NCBI RefSeq assembly: GCF_009914755.1
Contig: NC_060936.1
Reading direction: 5' to 3' (one strand)
From: the human T2T-CHM13v2.0 reference genome, Homo sapiens
Length of the DNA stretch: 64,000 nt
Positions within the stretch are counted from its first letter, which is position 1, and the number at the start of each line of letters is the position of its first letter. The position numbers and the translations under genes were made by a program. The notes under the pieces were generated by a model, which made no database searches, was not told the DNA's origin, and was given only the letters and a program-made list of their open reading frames with translations. This document shows, piece by piece, positions 44,847 through 57,988 of the stretch.

Positions 44847-47800
44847 GTGGCCCACACTTGTTTGATTGGTCAGAGTTTGTTGTTGAAAGAGCAAGTCTCT
44901 TCTTTGGATGCAGGAGGGAGGGGAGATCAGTAGGCTGCAAGGAGGCTGGGCCTTTCAAGGCAGTTGGTGTGGTGGGGGGCTGCCCTTCCTCTAGAGCCAG
45001 TGTGGTTCAAATCCTGGCACTACTTCTTACTCTCATACTTTGTGTGATCTATGGCAAGTTACCTAACTCCTCAGGCTTAGTTTCCTTGTCTGTAAAGGAG
45101 GAAATTACAGTAGTGGTTAACTCTTAGGGTTGCTCTAAGGATTAAATGAGATTAATTCATATGAAATTATAATATTCATTATTTTGAAATTCATGGATGA
45201 GCTTTTATGTGTCCGTAAATTTGCAGAACTGTACAAGCTTTGTGTGTATGTACACATTTCTGGGGAGTAGGTCTGTGGTATTCATCAGCGCCTCTTAGAA
45301 GGATCCCAGACTTCCTAAGAGCCGAAGGGTTTCAGCCCGAGGGGTTCTCCTCCCTGTTTTTGGAGCACTTCTGACTTGGGCTCTCTGCTTTGAACATGTT
45401 GTTCCCCTTGTATGGAATATACTGCCCTAAACTCCTCCCCCACTTTCAGTAACAATAATAATAATAACGCTGACTATAATAATAGCAGCAAATGTTTATA
45501 GAGCATCTGCTATGTGGGACTAATTTTTCTCTGAGTCTCAGCTTTCTACCTTGTAGGGGTATTGTGAAAATTAAATGAGACAATGTGAGCAGAACAGCTT
45601 ATACCCTATTGGTATGTAGAATATATCCATACATCCTCTTTACATTCCTGCTTTTAGATGTCTTCTGTGTTGCTTTCTTGAAGTAAGCTAGGCCTCTTCT
45701 GAATCAATTTCAAGAGTCTTCATCAAACTCTATGGTAAGCCCTTGTCTAGGTCATGAAGTGGTAATGATGATAGGTATGTAGCATTTTACCACTTACTTG
45801 TATTACATATACTGCCTAATATCACAAGGTGCAAGAGCATATTCATCCATTCATTCATTCATAACCATCAGTTCAGGACCTACCATAGTCTAGCACTATA
45901 TCTAGGGAGTTGGTTTCTGCCCCCAAGGAACTTGTCCCATGAAGTGGGGAGTTCTGTAGAGCAAATGCATAATTGATAGTACCTGTGCACTGAGGCGTTT
46001 CATCAGACTGAGGTGTTAGGGAAGATTCCTGGAGGAAGTGACACTGGAGTGAGTTGAGTGAGGAAGGATGGGGGAGGACATTTCAGCAGAGGGCCAAGCT
46101 CTGCAAGGACTTGATCTCCCTAGAAGCTAAGGTGGGCTTTGTTTGCTAAGATTTAATATACAGACAAAATAAAGAGTTTGAAAACAGCTCTAACTCCCTG
46201 CCCTGGTTGTGAGGTCCAGCAGAGTCTGGTCTCTGGTGACCTTGCAGGCTACATCCTCCATTGCTTTCTCCATCACTTACCATGGTCCAGCTACACTGGC
46301 CATGTTCACTGGTTGTGAACAAGCCTGCTCCTAATACAAGGCCTTGACACTGATGCTGCCTCTTGGAATGCTCTTCCACCAGATCCTCCCAAGCCTACCT
46401 CCTTCTCATACTCCATGGCTTAATTCACAGTCACCCCCTCTGAGAGGCCTACCTGACCACACAATTAGAGGAACCTCTCCCAGGAACTCCCTCATATGCT
46501 CATGCCTTTTGACTGCCTGAAATCCTCCTGCCCTCAATGGCAGCCATAAACATTCCAGAAATTCTGGACATTCTATCAGCCTGGTTTTCTGCCTAAAGAT
46601 TTTGTGAGATCAGAGCCCTCAAAAAACTCTCAGTGGATAAGAAGCAGGAGAATAAACCTTTGTTGTTTTAAGACATTAAGTTCCTGAGATTGTTCGTTAC
46701 TGCAACATAACTTAGCACATCCTGACAGATACATTGCTGTATCCTCCAGCACCCCAAAATAATCAGGCACATAGCTAAATACAACATAATTATGTGTCAG
46801 CCAAGTGAATAAGGAAAAGAAGAAAAGAAAGGTGGGAAGAAGAGGGGAGGAAAAAAGCCAAAGTTAGGATGAGGCTAAATAAAGTGACTCACAATGGGTC
46901 ATCTTCTGCAGGACAGGGGTCTAAAATAGTAAGAATTCTTCCATCTAGAGATGTACTTCCCAAAGATTGAGATATCATGATAAAGGGCAGGCCCATTTGG
47001 GGTTTGTGATAAAATCCGGAGGTCTTGGGGACACCCACTCTTTTTAGTTGGTCATCAGGTAGATTTCTCAGTGATGTTACCGATCACACATGATGCCTGT
47101 GGTCTCCAGATAAGGACAGACTGTAGGGCTGCTCTTCAAGCAGGTTCTTTTGCATCTAGGCCCTTGATCCAATCTTGCATTCCTGGTATTGAACAAAAAA
47201 GCCTTCCCTGTTCACCTTGTATTGACCACATCCCTGTTGCCATTGGAAGGTGGCTCGCAGCTCTGGGATTACATCTGGCCCCAGAGGCTCTCAGCAGTGA
47301 TGTATGTTGGAGCTCAATATACTCCTGGCTGGATGTTCCATAGAATAAAGAATGAGATCAATTAAAAACAGATGCCTTGAAACAACCATCAGGAGTCCTC
47401 TCTATTTCCAATCTCCAGAAGCCACACTGCACTGTTTCTCAGAGCTCAGGAAGGCTCTGGCTGGTGATGTAGCAGTGTGAAGGACCACCGAATTGTTGGC
47501 ATTCTTTTGTTCTGAGGAGAATAAACCAGTTTGAGTTAAAATAAGAACCAGATTGCCCAAAAATGTTTAAGTCTTGGGATTCACTGCTTAAAAACAACTT
47601 CTTGAGTGTTTGAATGAGAACTTTTCCCAAGGATGGCTTTGGTGAGGGAGGAGAGGCTGCCAGATACTGCATCATTAACTAAATACCGCAGAAAATGGCT
47701 CTGTATTTTATTGCCTTGTGTGTTAAACTATGGAGAACAAGAAATTGGAAAGGCCTAAACCCATCCATGTTTAAAGAATGGAAAACAAAATGCCCCAGCT

Positions 47801-49002
47801 GTTCTGTTCAGGGAAGGATAATTCATAAACAGAGAAACAGGCAACACATTTCTGGATCTGGTTCAGCAGCAAGTTGGAAACCATCATGCTGGCAGGGCTC
47901 CTTTGGCCACCAAGCCCCGATCCCCACCTTCTCCCCTTGGATGTGCCTGAAGCCATGTCTCAGTCCCATCCTTGAAGAATTCATGCAGCAGGCCTGAGTC
48001 TGTTGAATTGCCTTGGTCCTTTTGGTGGCCATTTCTTGTTCACATGAGCCTTGCAGGGTGACACACAACCTGAAACTATTCCAGGGCTGCTGCCGTGACT
48101 CTTAAGGTTAGGTTTACAAAGAGAAAAGGGAAGAAAGAAAGTGGCAGTGATGAGATCCTGTTTGAATTCTATTAGAGCCTCCATTCAGGCCTGGAAAAAT
48201 TTATCTGATGACATCTGCTTAACCTCCTGGGACATGGAAAAGGGGTGGGGCTTGTCGCCAAGAGGGCTTCCTCCTTCCTCCGCTTCCTGCAGCCCCTTGT
48301 TCAGCAGCGCCCTGGCTGCCTTCCCACTGGGCCTGGATACCCTGCTATCAGGGACCCCACCCTGCATGTTTGTGTCTGAGTCTGGAGGCCCCACGGCCTC
48401 TGGCTGTTGGCCTACTAGAGCAAGGCAGGCTTTCTCAGTCCAGCACAGGCGTTGGCTCTGGAAACGACGCTAGAGAGGACTCTAGAAGCCAATGGGTAAG
48501 AAACCCTAAGGCCTTTGTGGAACTCCCAGTGAAAAACATTGGTCAATATTTATTGCTTTGAAAGAGTTCTTTTTTCAGGGATGTTGGACTCTGTTATTTC
48601 CTTTGAGCAAAAGCATGGAATAATATAAATACATTCCATTCCATTCCATTTTGTTTATAGATTAATTGCTACTATGCAACTCTTTTTGAGCTACAAAACT
48701 GTCATTTTTTTCAAGTGGTTCAAACTACTATATTATTTTGACAGTGTCCTGGGAACTGTGGACAGGAAGTGCACATAAGAAAATGTCTTTCAGAGAACAC
48801 AGCATCTAGTTGGGAGATGGGAGTGTAGGTAGACGACTACAGAACATTGTGGTTAGTGCAATTGTAGAGGTATATACCATGGGCAGAAAGAAAGCAGTGT
48901 CGAATCCTGCTTGAGTAGAATAGGAGAGCTTACCAGAATTGGTTCTTAGTGACAGCATGCACACAGTTTCTTTAAGACCACTTACTCTCTACTAGTACTT
49001 AG

Positions 49003-49339
<337 letters not shown>

Positions 49340-49352
49340 AGCATTCTCTTTT

Positions 49353-49521
49353 AAATTATTATTATTTTTTGAGACAAGGTCTCACTCTGTCGCCCAGGCT
49401 GAAGTGCAGTGGTTCAATCATAGCTCACTGCAGCCTCTACATCCTGGGCTCAAGCAATCCTCCTGCCTTGGCCTCCTAAATCCTTGGCTGGGATTACAGG
49501 CATGAGCCACTGCACCTGGCC
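49353..49521 (-). mobile_element. Short old Alu monomer (FLAM/FRAM/AluJ-like)
   Basis: gagacaaggtctcactctgtcgcccaggc..gggattacaggcatgagccactgcacctggcc in ~165 bp. Confidence 0.8.
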
Positions 49522-49755
49522 TAAATTAAATTTTTTTTCCTAATAATTTTAGGCTTATAGAAAATTTGCGAAGATAGAACAAAGCATTCTCACATACCCA
49601 GTATCCAATTTCCCATAATCCTTTACACTGCCATGATGTATTTATCAAAACTAAGAAACTAGCATTTACACACTGCTATTAACTGAATTCTAGACTTTAT
49701 TCAATTTCACCAGTTTTTCCATTGATGTCCTTTTGTTGTCCACATTGCATTTAAG

Positions 49756-50310
49756 TGTAGCAGTTTTAAAATACATCTGCAAATTCGGTAACACTCTTCC
49801 TAGAGAGAGTGAGGTCTGTATCCCCTTGCCTTGAAACTGGACAGGCTTTGGTGACTGTTTTGACCAGCAGAGAACAGTGGAAGTGACACTAGGTGACTTC
49901 TGCATCTAGGCCATACATAGTGGTTCAGATTCTGCCTTGCTCACTGAAACATTCACCCTTGAAGTCTCCAGCGTCATATAAAAAGGCCAACTGCCTTGAG
50001 ACCGCCATGCTGCCAGGAAGCCAAGTAGCCAATGGAGAGAGACAACATGGAGAGGCCTTGAGACTCCACAAAGAGGGATGCTTACCTATGCTGCAGCCTC
50101 TCTACCTACCAGCTGCTCTGGCCTGGCCCTGTTCCAGCTTCACCCACGGTCAGACTGTAACCAAAGGAAGAGACCCTGAGCCAGAGCCCCCAAGCCAAGC
50201 CTTTCCTGAATTCCTAACTCACAGACGCTTTAAGGGATAATAAAATGATTGTTGTTTTAAGTGACTGCATATTGGGGAGTTTTGTTACACAGCAGTAGAT
50301 AAGAAGAATA
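49756..50310 (+). mobile_element. MLT1F/G/H-like MaLR LTR
   Basis: tgtagcagttttaaaatac..gtgactgttttgacca..ggaagtgacact..ttgttacacagcagtagataa. Confidence 0.75.
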
Positions 50311-53300
50311 TGACAGCTCCACCAGGAGATCTTAAATGAGGTATGAGGCCCATTCACATGAAATAACCTCCCAGACAGTCCAGCATTTCATTTTTCACAC
50401 ATTCCTTGAGCATCTATTGTGTACCAGGCACTCTACCAGGTGCTGGGGGAAGTAGGTGACTAAGATAGTTTCTGACCTTGAAGGTTCATAATCAGAAAGA
50501 AAAGCAGACAAACAAATGGCCACAGTATAATATGTTTAGTCAAAGTGTCATGAGACCAGAGAAAAGGGACAAATATTCCTGGGGGATTTGCTTGAGCTAA
50601 GAGTTGAAGGATGAATCAGAGTTTCCCATCGGGATAGGGGTGAGAGCACATGCTGTGTTTGGGGAACCTGGAATAGCTCTTCATGGCTGGAAACACAGGA
50701 TTTATTTGCATAGTGTGCTTTTGTGGGTAGGAGTGGGTCAGGCATGGACTAGGAAGTAAAAGTGAAAAAGGCTCAACAGGGAGACTGAGGTCAAGTTTCC
50801 AGAGTGGAATCTGGGGTCACAAGTGGTATGTCATATCTGTTAGCCTGCATCTGATTGTCCTTCCAGAAACTTCCTAAGAAGATGATGTTTAAATGTTAGT
50901 CACTAAAAGGTGCCCTCAGGAATTTGGACTCAAAATATACATCCACTGCATGTAGCTTGATCTCCTGGAAGAATAAACTTTGTAAATGACCAGAGGTTAG
51001 GGTTTGAAAACTCTAAGAAAATCTGCCAAAGTATTGGCCAAGGGGTTTATGAGGTTTCTATTTCCATGGTTTGCCTTTTCCATGGAACCAAGTTTATGGA
51101 GGGTGGAGGTGGAGTGTGTGGAATGAAAGCATGCATCTTCAAAAGTAAACAGAGCTTTAGTGAAAGGAAATTGAATAAACTCTGTGAAGGCAACAACTGT
51201 GGACTGACATAGAAAAAAACGGAGTGAGGGAGAGTGAACTCAGGACTGTAGGAAAGTAAGTTACAGGAAGGGCTTGGCAGATGGGTCAGGGAACCTGGTG
51301 ATTTGGACTTGGCAACTCGGCCTCAGTCAGACTCTTGCTGGGGCCAGTGCAGTCCCATCTTGTGTTTAACCTACTTTGAGTTTGTTTCTGTCCCCTGCCC
51401 ACAGGAGAGTCCTGACCAATTCTCCAGGCTTATATATACTTCTTCATTTGATTGCCTTCAAAATGGTGGGGCTCAAGAAGACCAAATCATCTGCCCAAAG
51501 CCATACAACTGGTGAGTGGCAGAGCCATTTGACCTGGATATTCTGGTTCCAAACTTTGTTCTTTCCAGAAACCAGAGCCACACTGCATGCTTACTGCCCC
51601 CTTCTTACCCATCTTTCTGACAATCTGACTCTTTCTTCTCTCACCGTCTCTGCCAGGGAGAGATGGCCCATGCCCAGGAAGCTGCCCTGGACTCCCACAG
51701 ACCCTGGACAATGGGCAGGAATGTTACTGTACAAGGTGATGTCTCCTCTAATTTTATTTCTCCAACTTAGACATAGGTAGAGAGGAAATAGCTCTCAGGG
51801 GCCATTCAAGGCAAGGCAAAGAAGGTAATATTGCTATAATCAAAGATTAGGTAACCAAGGCTCAGATAAGTTGTCCTTGGGCCAAGCTTTCAGAGCCAAG
51901 AAGTGGACAAAGTAGAATTTAAGACCCAGTCTCTCTGACTTCAAAATCCGTGATCTCCATGTTCAGAACTTTTGATGCATTATTATCATGACTGATGATA
52001 AAAACAATACAATTAGCTAATACTTGCATGGTACTTGCTATGTGCCAGGCACTGTCCTTATGCTTACAGTAATTATCTAATTTAATCTTCATGATGATCC
52101 TATGCTATATTTTGTAGGCAGAAAATGCAAAGCAAAAGTGATTAGAAATGAATCTTCAGGGTAGGTGATCTTTTACCTTTGCTTTTCCCCCTTCCTCTCT
52201 AGCTTGGCACCTTTTTTGCATCCTGTTTGTACTTGGTGGTCTGGGTAAAAAGTTGGGCCTTGGTGAATCTAGATAACCCCAGATAAAGATCTGTAATTTG
52301 CTTTCTCGCACCCTCCTGGGTTCAGTGGCTTCCATTCACACCCTCCTTATTTCTTAGAGTTCCCGGCCAGGGGACCTTTTCCATTTGAGTCTCATTTCCT
52401 TACCTGCCTTCCCACCTCCTCCTGGCCAAGACCAATCTGTCTTTTTGACAACTGGACACCTGCTGCCAAGAGCAATAATCCCCATGTGTACAGGGTGTTA
52501 CCAAAGGGAACAGGGTGGGGAGAGAGAAGGGAAGGGCTTCCTGCCAGCAGCCCAGTGGGCAAGGGAAGAGAAGTTGGAAGGTTTATTGGGCCTGGAGGAT
52601 CTATCCAGGGGAGGCAGGAGGGGCCAGGAGCAGCTAAGGAATAACAGAGGGTGGGAGAAGCAAGGAAGCAGCAGGAAACAGAAGGGCAGTTTACAACCGG
52701 AAAGGGAGGGAGGGAGGGAGTGATTGGAAGGGAGTGGTGCTAGCAGAGGAGGAAGAGGTGGGGGATGTTAGTTACATTTGTACAGAATTTCATTGCTTAC
52801 ACAGCTATTTTGACCTCCATTATTATACCAGGGAGGCTTCATGAGCCTGCCCATTTTGCTGAAAAGTAAGTTGAGGCTGAAATCATAAGTGGGTCATTGA
52901 AAGCTTGCTGGGCACCAACTACATGCCAGGTAAGGTCCCAGCTGCTTTTCTAATGCTTCACTGGCAATCCTCAAAAGCCAGCTGCAGGAGGAAGGTAGAA
53001 GTAGCTTCTCCTTTATAGCTGAGGAACAGGCTCTGGTTAATTCCCACATTTTAGAAATACGCACTGAGCAAGCACTGCTTCCCAGGGACCATATAAAGGC
53101 TGGAAGGGCATTCAGTGCCAACACTTCCCCTGGGCCAGGGTTGTCCCCAGGTCTTTGCACACATGTTTTTCTTATGTTTTCATAACCACGAGATAAACAT
53201 GCTATTATTATCAACCACTTTTTACAGATGAAGAACTGAGTCATAGAGAGGCAAAATGGCAAGGGGGTAAGTTGTGAGTAGATTTGAACCGAGGCAGTCT

Positions 53301-54315
53301 GGTTCTAGAACATAAGGGTTTATCTATTAAGATTTACAGCAGTGAGCAAAGGAAATCTAGCTTTGTTCTTAAATTTCAGTGATCAACTCCAAGTATCATG
53401 TACTTTCCACTAAGCCAGATTGCCTTTCAGGCTTAGTGGGAGGGGTCATGTGCATGTCTCACACATAGCAAAAAGGGGGTGATTGTACAACACATGATAT
53501 GCTGAGCTGAACACGTGGCCCCTTTCCTAAGTGCCAGGACATAGCCAGGCAATAGTACCCCACATCAGGATCCTAACAAATAAACATGTCAAGGAAGATA
53601 TTATGGCCTCTCATTTCTTGCAAACTAACTAGGTCTTAAGCACTTGTGTCACCTAATGGCTCTGGGATAATCTCTATACATGGGGAAGTAGGATTTTGAA
53701 GTGGTCTAAATGCCAGGCTCAGATGACAAATGTGGCTTCACATTTTGGTTTTGACACTTGCTGCATTGGAACCTCCAGCTCATTGCCTGACCTTAGTCAG
53801 CTTTAATTTTCTACTATAAAATGGAAGAAATGTAGTACTGATTTTTTTAGGGTTGTTATCAGGATTAATGAGATCATGCTGCTGAAGGCTTGCGCCTTGT
53901 AGTTGGATGAGTGGTTAAATGTGAAGCAACATTAATATTAGGGTAAAGAACTTAAGTGCTGAACCATACTCTCTCTCTTTAAGCCCAGGCTTTGATACTT
54001 ATTATTTGAGCGACTTCAGCAAGTTAGCCAAGGTCCCTGGACCTTAGTTCCCTTGTTTGTAAAATGGAAATACCAGCAACTACCACATAGGACTGCTGGG
54101 AAGACTGGGTGAGCTGATGCAGGGGAGACTCCCAATAGCCATTGAGATTACAAAGGAGGTGACCACTAGGAAGGAGGGTGGCTTCTCTCAACTCTGACTC
54201 TCTTGTCCTTTGCAATTTTCTATTCAGGCTGGAACCTTAGTAAGTCACCATCACTCAGCAAATATAGCCACTCATGGAATTTTGAAGATTTCACTAGTGT
54301 GGAGTTTTAAGAGGC

Positions 54316-56194
54316 TGTGATGGTTAATACTGAGTGTCAACTTGATTGGATTAAACGATGCAAAGTATTGATCCTGGGTGTGTCTCTGAGGGTGTTCCCA
54401 AAGATTAACATTTGAGTCAGTGGGCTGCGAAAGGCAGATGTGCCCTTAATCTGGTGGGCCCCATCTAATCAGCTTCCAGGGAGTACAAAACAGGCAGAAA
54501 ACGTGAAAAAGTGACACCAGCCTAGCCTCCTAGCCTACATCTTTCTCCCATGCTGGATGCTTCCTGCCCTTAAACATCGCACTCCAGGTTCTTCAGTTTT
54601 GAGACTTGGACTGGCTCTCCTTGCTTCTCAAGCTTGCAGACAGCCTATTGTGGGAACTTGTGATTGTGTAAGTTAATACTTAATAAACTAATAGGGTATA
54701 TATGTATATATATGTGTATGTGTGTGTGTGTGTGTGTATATATATAATATTATTTATATATAATATATATATTTATATATTATATATAATATATATTACA
54801 TATACACAAATATATAATATATATATTATATATAATATATATACACACACATATATATTATATATAATATATATATTATATATAATATATATACACACAT
54901 ATATATTATATATAATATATATACACACATATATTATATATAATATATATACACACATATATATTATAATATATATAATATATAAATATATATAATATAT
55001 TATATATAATATATTATATTATATATTAATATCATATATTAAATATAATACATTATATATTATATATTAAATATATTATATATAATATATTATATATTAA
55101 ATATATTATATATAATATATTATATATTAAATATATAATATATTATATATTAAATATATTATATATAATATATTTTATATTAAATATATTATATATAATA
55201 TATTTTATATTAAATATATTATATATAATATATTATATATTAAATATATAATATATAATATATTATATATTAAATATATTATATATAATATATTATATAT
55301 TAAATATATTATATATAATATATTATATATTAAATATATTATATATAATATATTATATATTAAATATATTATATATTATATTATATATTAAATATATTAT
55401 ATATAATATATTATATATTAAATATGTTATATATAATATATTATATATTAAATATGTTATATATAATATATTATATATTAAATATGTTATATATAATATA
55501 TTATATATAATATGTTATATATAATATATTATATTAATATATATTTATCTATATTAATATATAATATATAATATATATTATATATAATATATTATATTAT
55601 ATATATGTTTTATATATAATATATAATATATATTATATTAATATATTATATATTAATATATATTATTATGTATTAATATTAATATATTAATATAATATAT
55701 AATATATATAATATAATATAATATATAATATATAATATAATATATTATATATAATAGAATATATATTTAATATAATAGATATTATATATAATATATATTC
55801 TATTATATATAATATATATTCTATTATATATAATATATATTCTATTATATATAATATATATTCTATTATATATAATATATATTCTATTATATATAATATA
55901 ACATATAATATATTATATATTATATATTATGTTATATAATATATATTATATTATATATAATATATAACATATAATATATAATATATATATTATATATTAT
56001 ATGTTATATATTATATATAATATAATGTATATTATATAACATATATATTAATATATTATATATAATATATTAATATATAATATAATAATTAATATATATA
56101 TAATATAATATAATAATATATATATAATATAATATATTATATATATATCTCTCTCCTATTAGTTCTACCCTCCTAGGGAACCCTTACTAAAACA
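54316..56194 (+). mobile_element. 5' LTR (MLT2A1-type) with internal AT-rich expansion
   Basis: tgtgatggttaatactgagtgtcaac...aataaact[expansion]cctattagttct...ctaaaaca. Confidence 0.93.
54697..56148. repeat. ~1.45-kb AT-rich compound micro/minisatellite
   Basis: Almost pure A/T; 30-bp unit tattatatattaaatatattatatataata (~55050-55520); 21-22-bp unit with ttctatt (~55790-55895). Confidence 0.97.
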
Positions 56195-56199
56195 GATTT

Positions 56200-56214
56200 T
56201 GGTACCAGGAGTGG
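56200..56214 (+). other. Primer-binding site, tRNA-Leu(TAA)
   Basis: TGGTACCAGGAGTGG just 3' of the LTR; complementary to the recalled tRNA-Leu(TAA) 3' end ...CCACUCCUGGUACCA. Confidence 0.85.
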
Positions 56215-56259
56215 TTCTAGAGGAACAGAATATTAAGGATGGCATTCTCTCATTGGTTT

Positions 56260-57988
56260 TGGGGTTTCTGGAGTTGGCTTCTTAATACGATTAGACCCAA
56301 AAATGCTACGGACTTGACTTCTAATAGTATGGAGAACACTGATAGTCATTGACATGAACTGTTTAGAGAGTTATGCAAATAAATGCATTTAATGCTCATG
56401 AGAGGCATAGAGTTTACTGACTCTATACATAATATCTTTGACCATATGTGGAGAACCAAGGAACATAATGAAGCTGGTTGGTTACTCCTAAGTTCAGTGG
56501 ACAAAGTGATAAAAGAAAATGATGAACTCAGGGATTCTGTCTCCCACCTTCAGAAACAGATACTGAGTCTCAAATATGCTAAGATTGCCCTAAGTAAGAG
56601 TCTATTGCCTATAGAGAAAGAGCTGAAATTGTGGAAAAACAGACACAATTATCCCCAGACACTCTTATCATGCAAGTGACTGACCTGCAACAAAAGGTGC
56701 ATGCACAGCTTCGCCAGGTGTCTACTATTAAAGTGAGGACATTGATTGGAAAAGAATGGGACCCTGCAACTTGGAATGGGGATGTGTGGGATGACCCTGA
56801 TGAAGGTGAGGACACTGAGTTTGTAAATGCTGATGAATCTTTTTTGCCAGAAGGAACAGCTTCCCCATTTCCAGTAGTGGCAACATCCCCTCCCAGACCC
56901 ATGCTGCCATCAGCCATTCCACCTTTGTCTGAGGAGATAAGTGCTGTGCTGTCTGAGACAACAGATAAATGCTGTGCTGTCTGATGGCCTCCCCTGAGGG
57001 AGTTGCCAGGCAAAATAATGTGCCAACACCAACACCCGTGTTTGCTTCTAGACTTATAACTAGACTAAAGTTCCAGCAGAACCTTAGAGGTGAGGTTGAG
57101 AGTGTGACCCATGAGGAGGTGCACTACACTCAGAAAGAACTGCTTGAGTTTTCCAATTTATACACACAGAAATCTGGAGAACAGGCATGGGAATGGATAC
57201 TAAGGGTGTGGGATAACAGTGGAAGGAATATAGAGTTGGATCAGGCTGAATTTATTGATTTGGGCCCACTAAGTAGGGACTCTGCATTTAATGTTGAAGC
57301 TCAGGGAGTCAAAAAAGGTTCTAATAGTTTATTTGCTTGGTTAGCTGAAATATGGACTAGATGAATTAGAAGATGGCCCACTGTGAACGAGCTGGGAATG
57401 CCTGATCTCCCTTGGTTTAATATAGAGGAAGGGATCCAAAATCTTAGGGAGATTAGGATGGTGGAGTGGATTAGTCACTTTAGACCTACTCATCCCAGCT
57501 GGGAGGGTCCAGAAGATATGCCCTTGATTGATGTCTTGTGAAATAGATTTGTGAGGACAGCACTTGCATCTTTGAAGAGTCCTGTAATTGCTCTTCTCTG
57601 TGTGTCAGTTGTAAACGTGGGAACCACAGTTACTCAACTACAAAATTTAAATACAATGGGAATAATTGGATCCCAAAGTGGCAGGGGCCAAGTGGTGGCA
57701 CACAACCATCAAAGGCAAGGTGGGCGTAGCTACCATAAAGGACAGCAAAGGCGAAGCAGCTATCAGAATAGTCTGACTCATGTAGAGCTCTGGCACTGGC
57801 TAATCATCTTTCACAGTGTTCCTAGAAGTGAAATTGATAGGAAACCTACTGCATTCCTACTTAATTTATACAAGCAGAAAACTAGGTTGAATGGACAAAA
57901 GACTAATTTGGATTATAAAAACAGAGAATCATGGCCCCTCAATCAATTTCCAGACTTGAGCCAGTTTACAGACCCAGAATCCCCTTGA
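56260..57988 (+). pseudogene. gag: HERV-L gag (frameshifted, multiple stops)
   Basis: Fragments LIGKEWDPATWNGDVW, QKSGEQAWEWILRVWD and ELWHWLI..VPRSEIDRKPT. Confidence 0.85.

Noticed and set aside
48300-48322. CTCF/REST-like motif ttcagcagcgccctggctgcc
   Set aside because: Spacing and several core positions fit neither consensus.
47071-48561. Cluster of 60-110-aa ORFs in largely non-repeat DNA as possible exons
   Set aside because: No recognisable domain, overlapping frames on both strands and no consistent splice pattern. A lncRNA exon cannot be excluded.
51303-53262. 112-134-aa ORFs
   Set aside because: Overlap MIR remnants or purine-rich low-complexity sequence; no protein family recognised.
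54702-54995. 97-aa and 61-aa Y/I-rich ORFs
   Set aside because: Translations of the TA repeat; no coding signal.
55050-55895. Regular repeats resembling a CRISPR array
   Set aside because: Head-to-tail units with no unique spacers, no cas genes, primate context.
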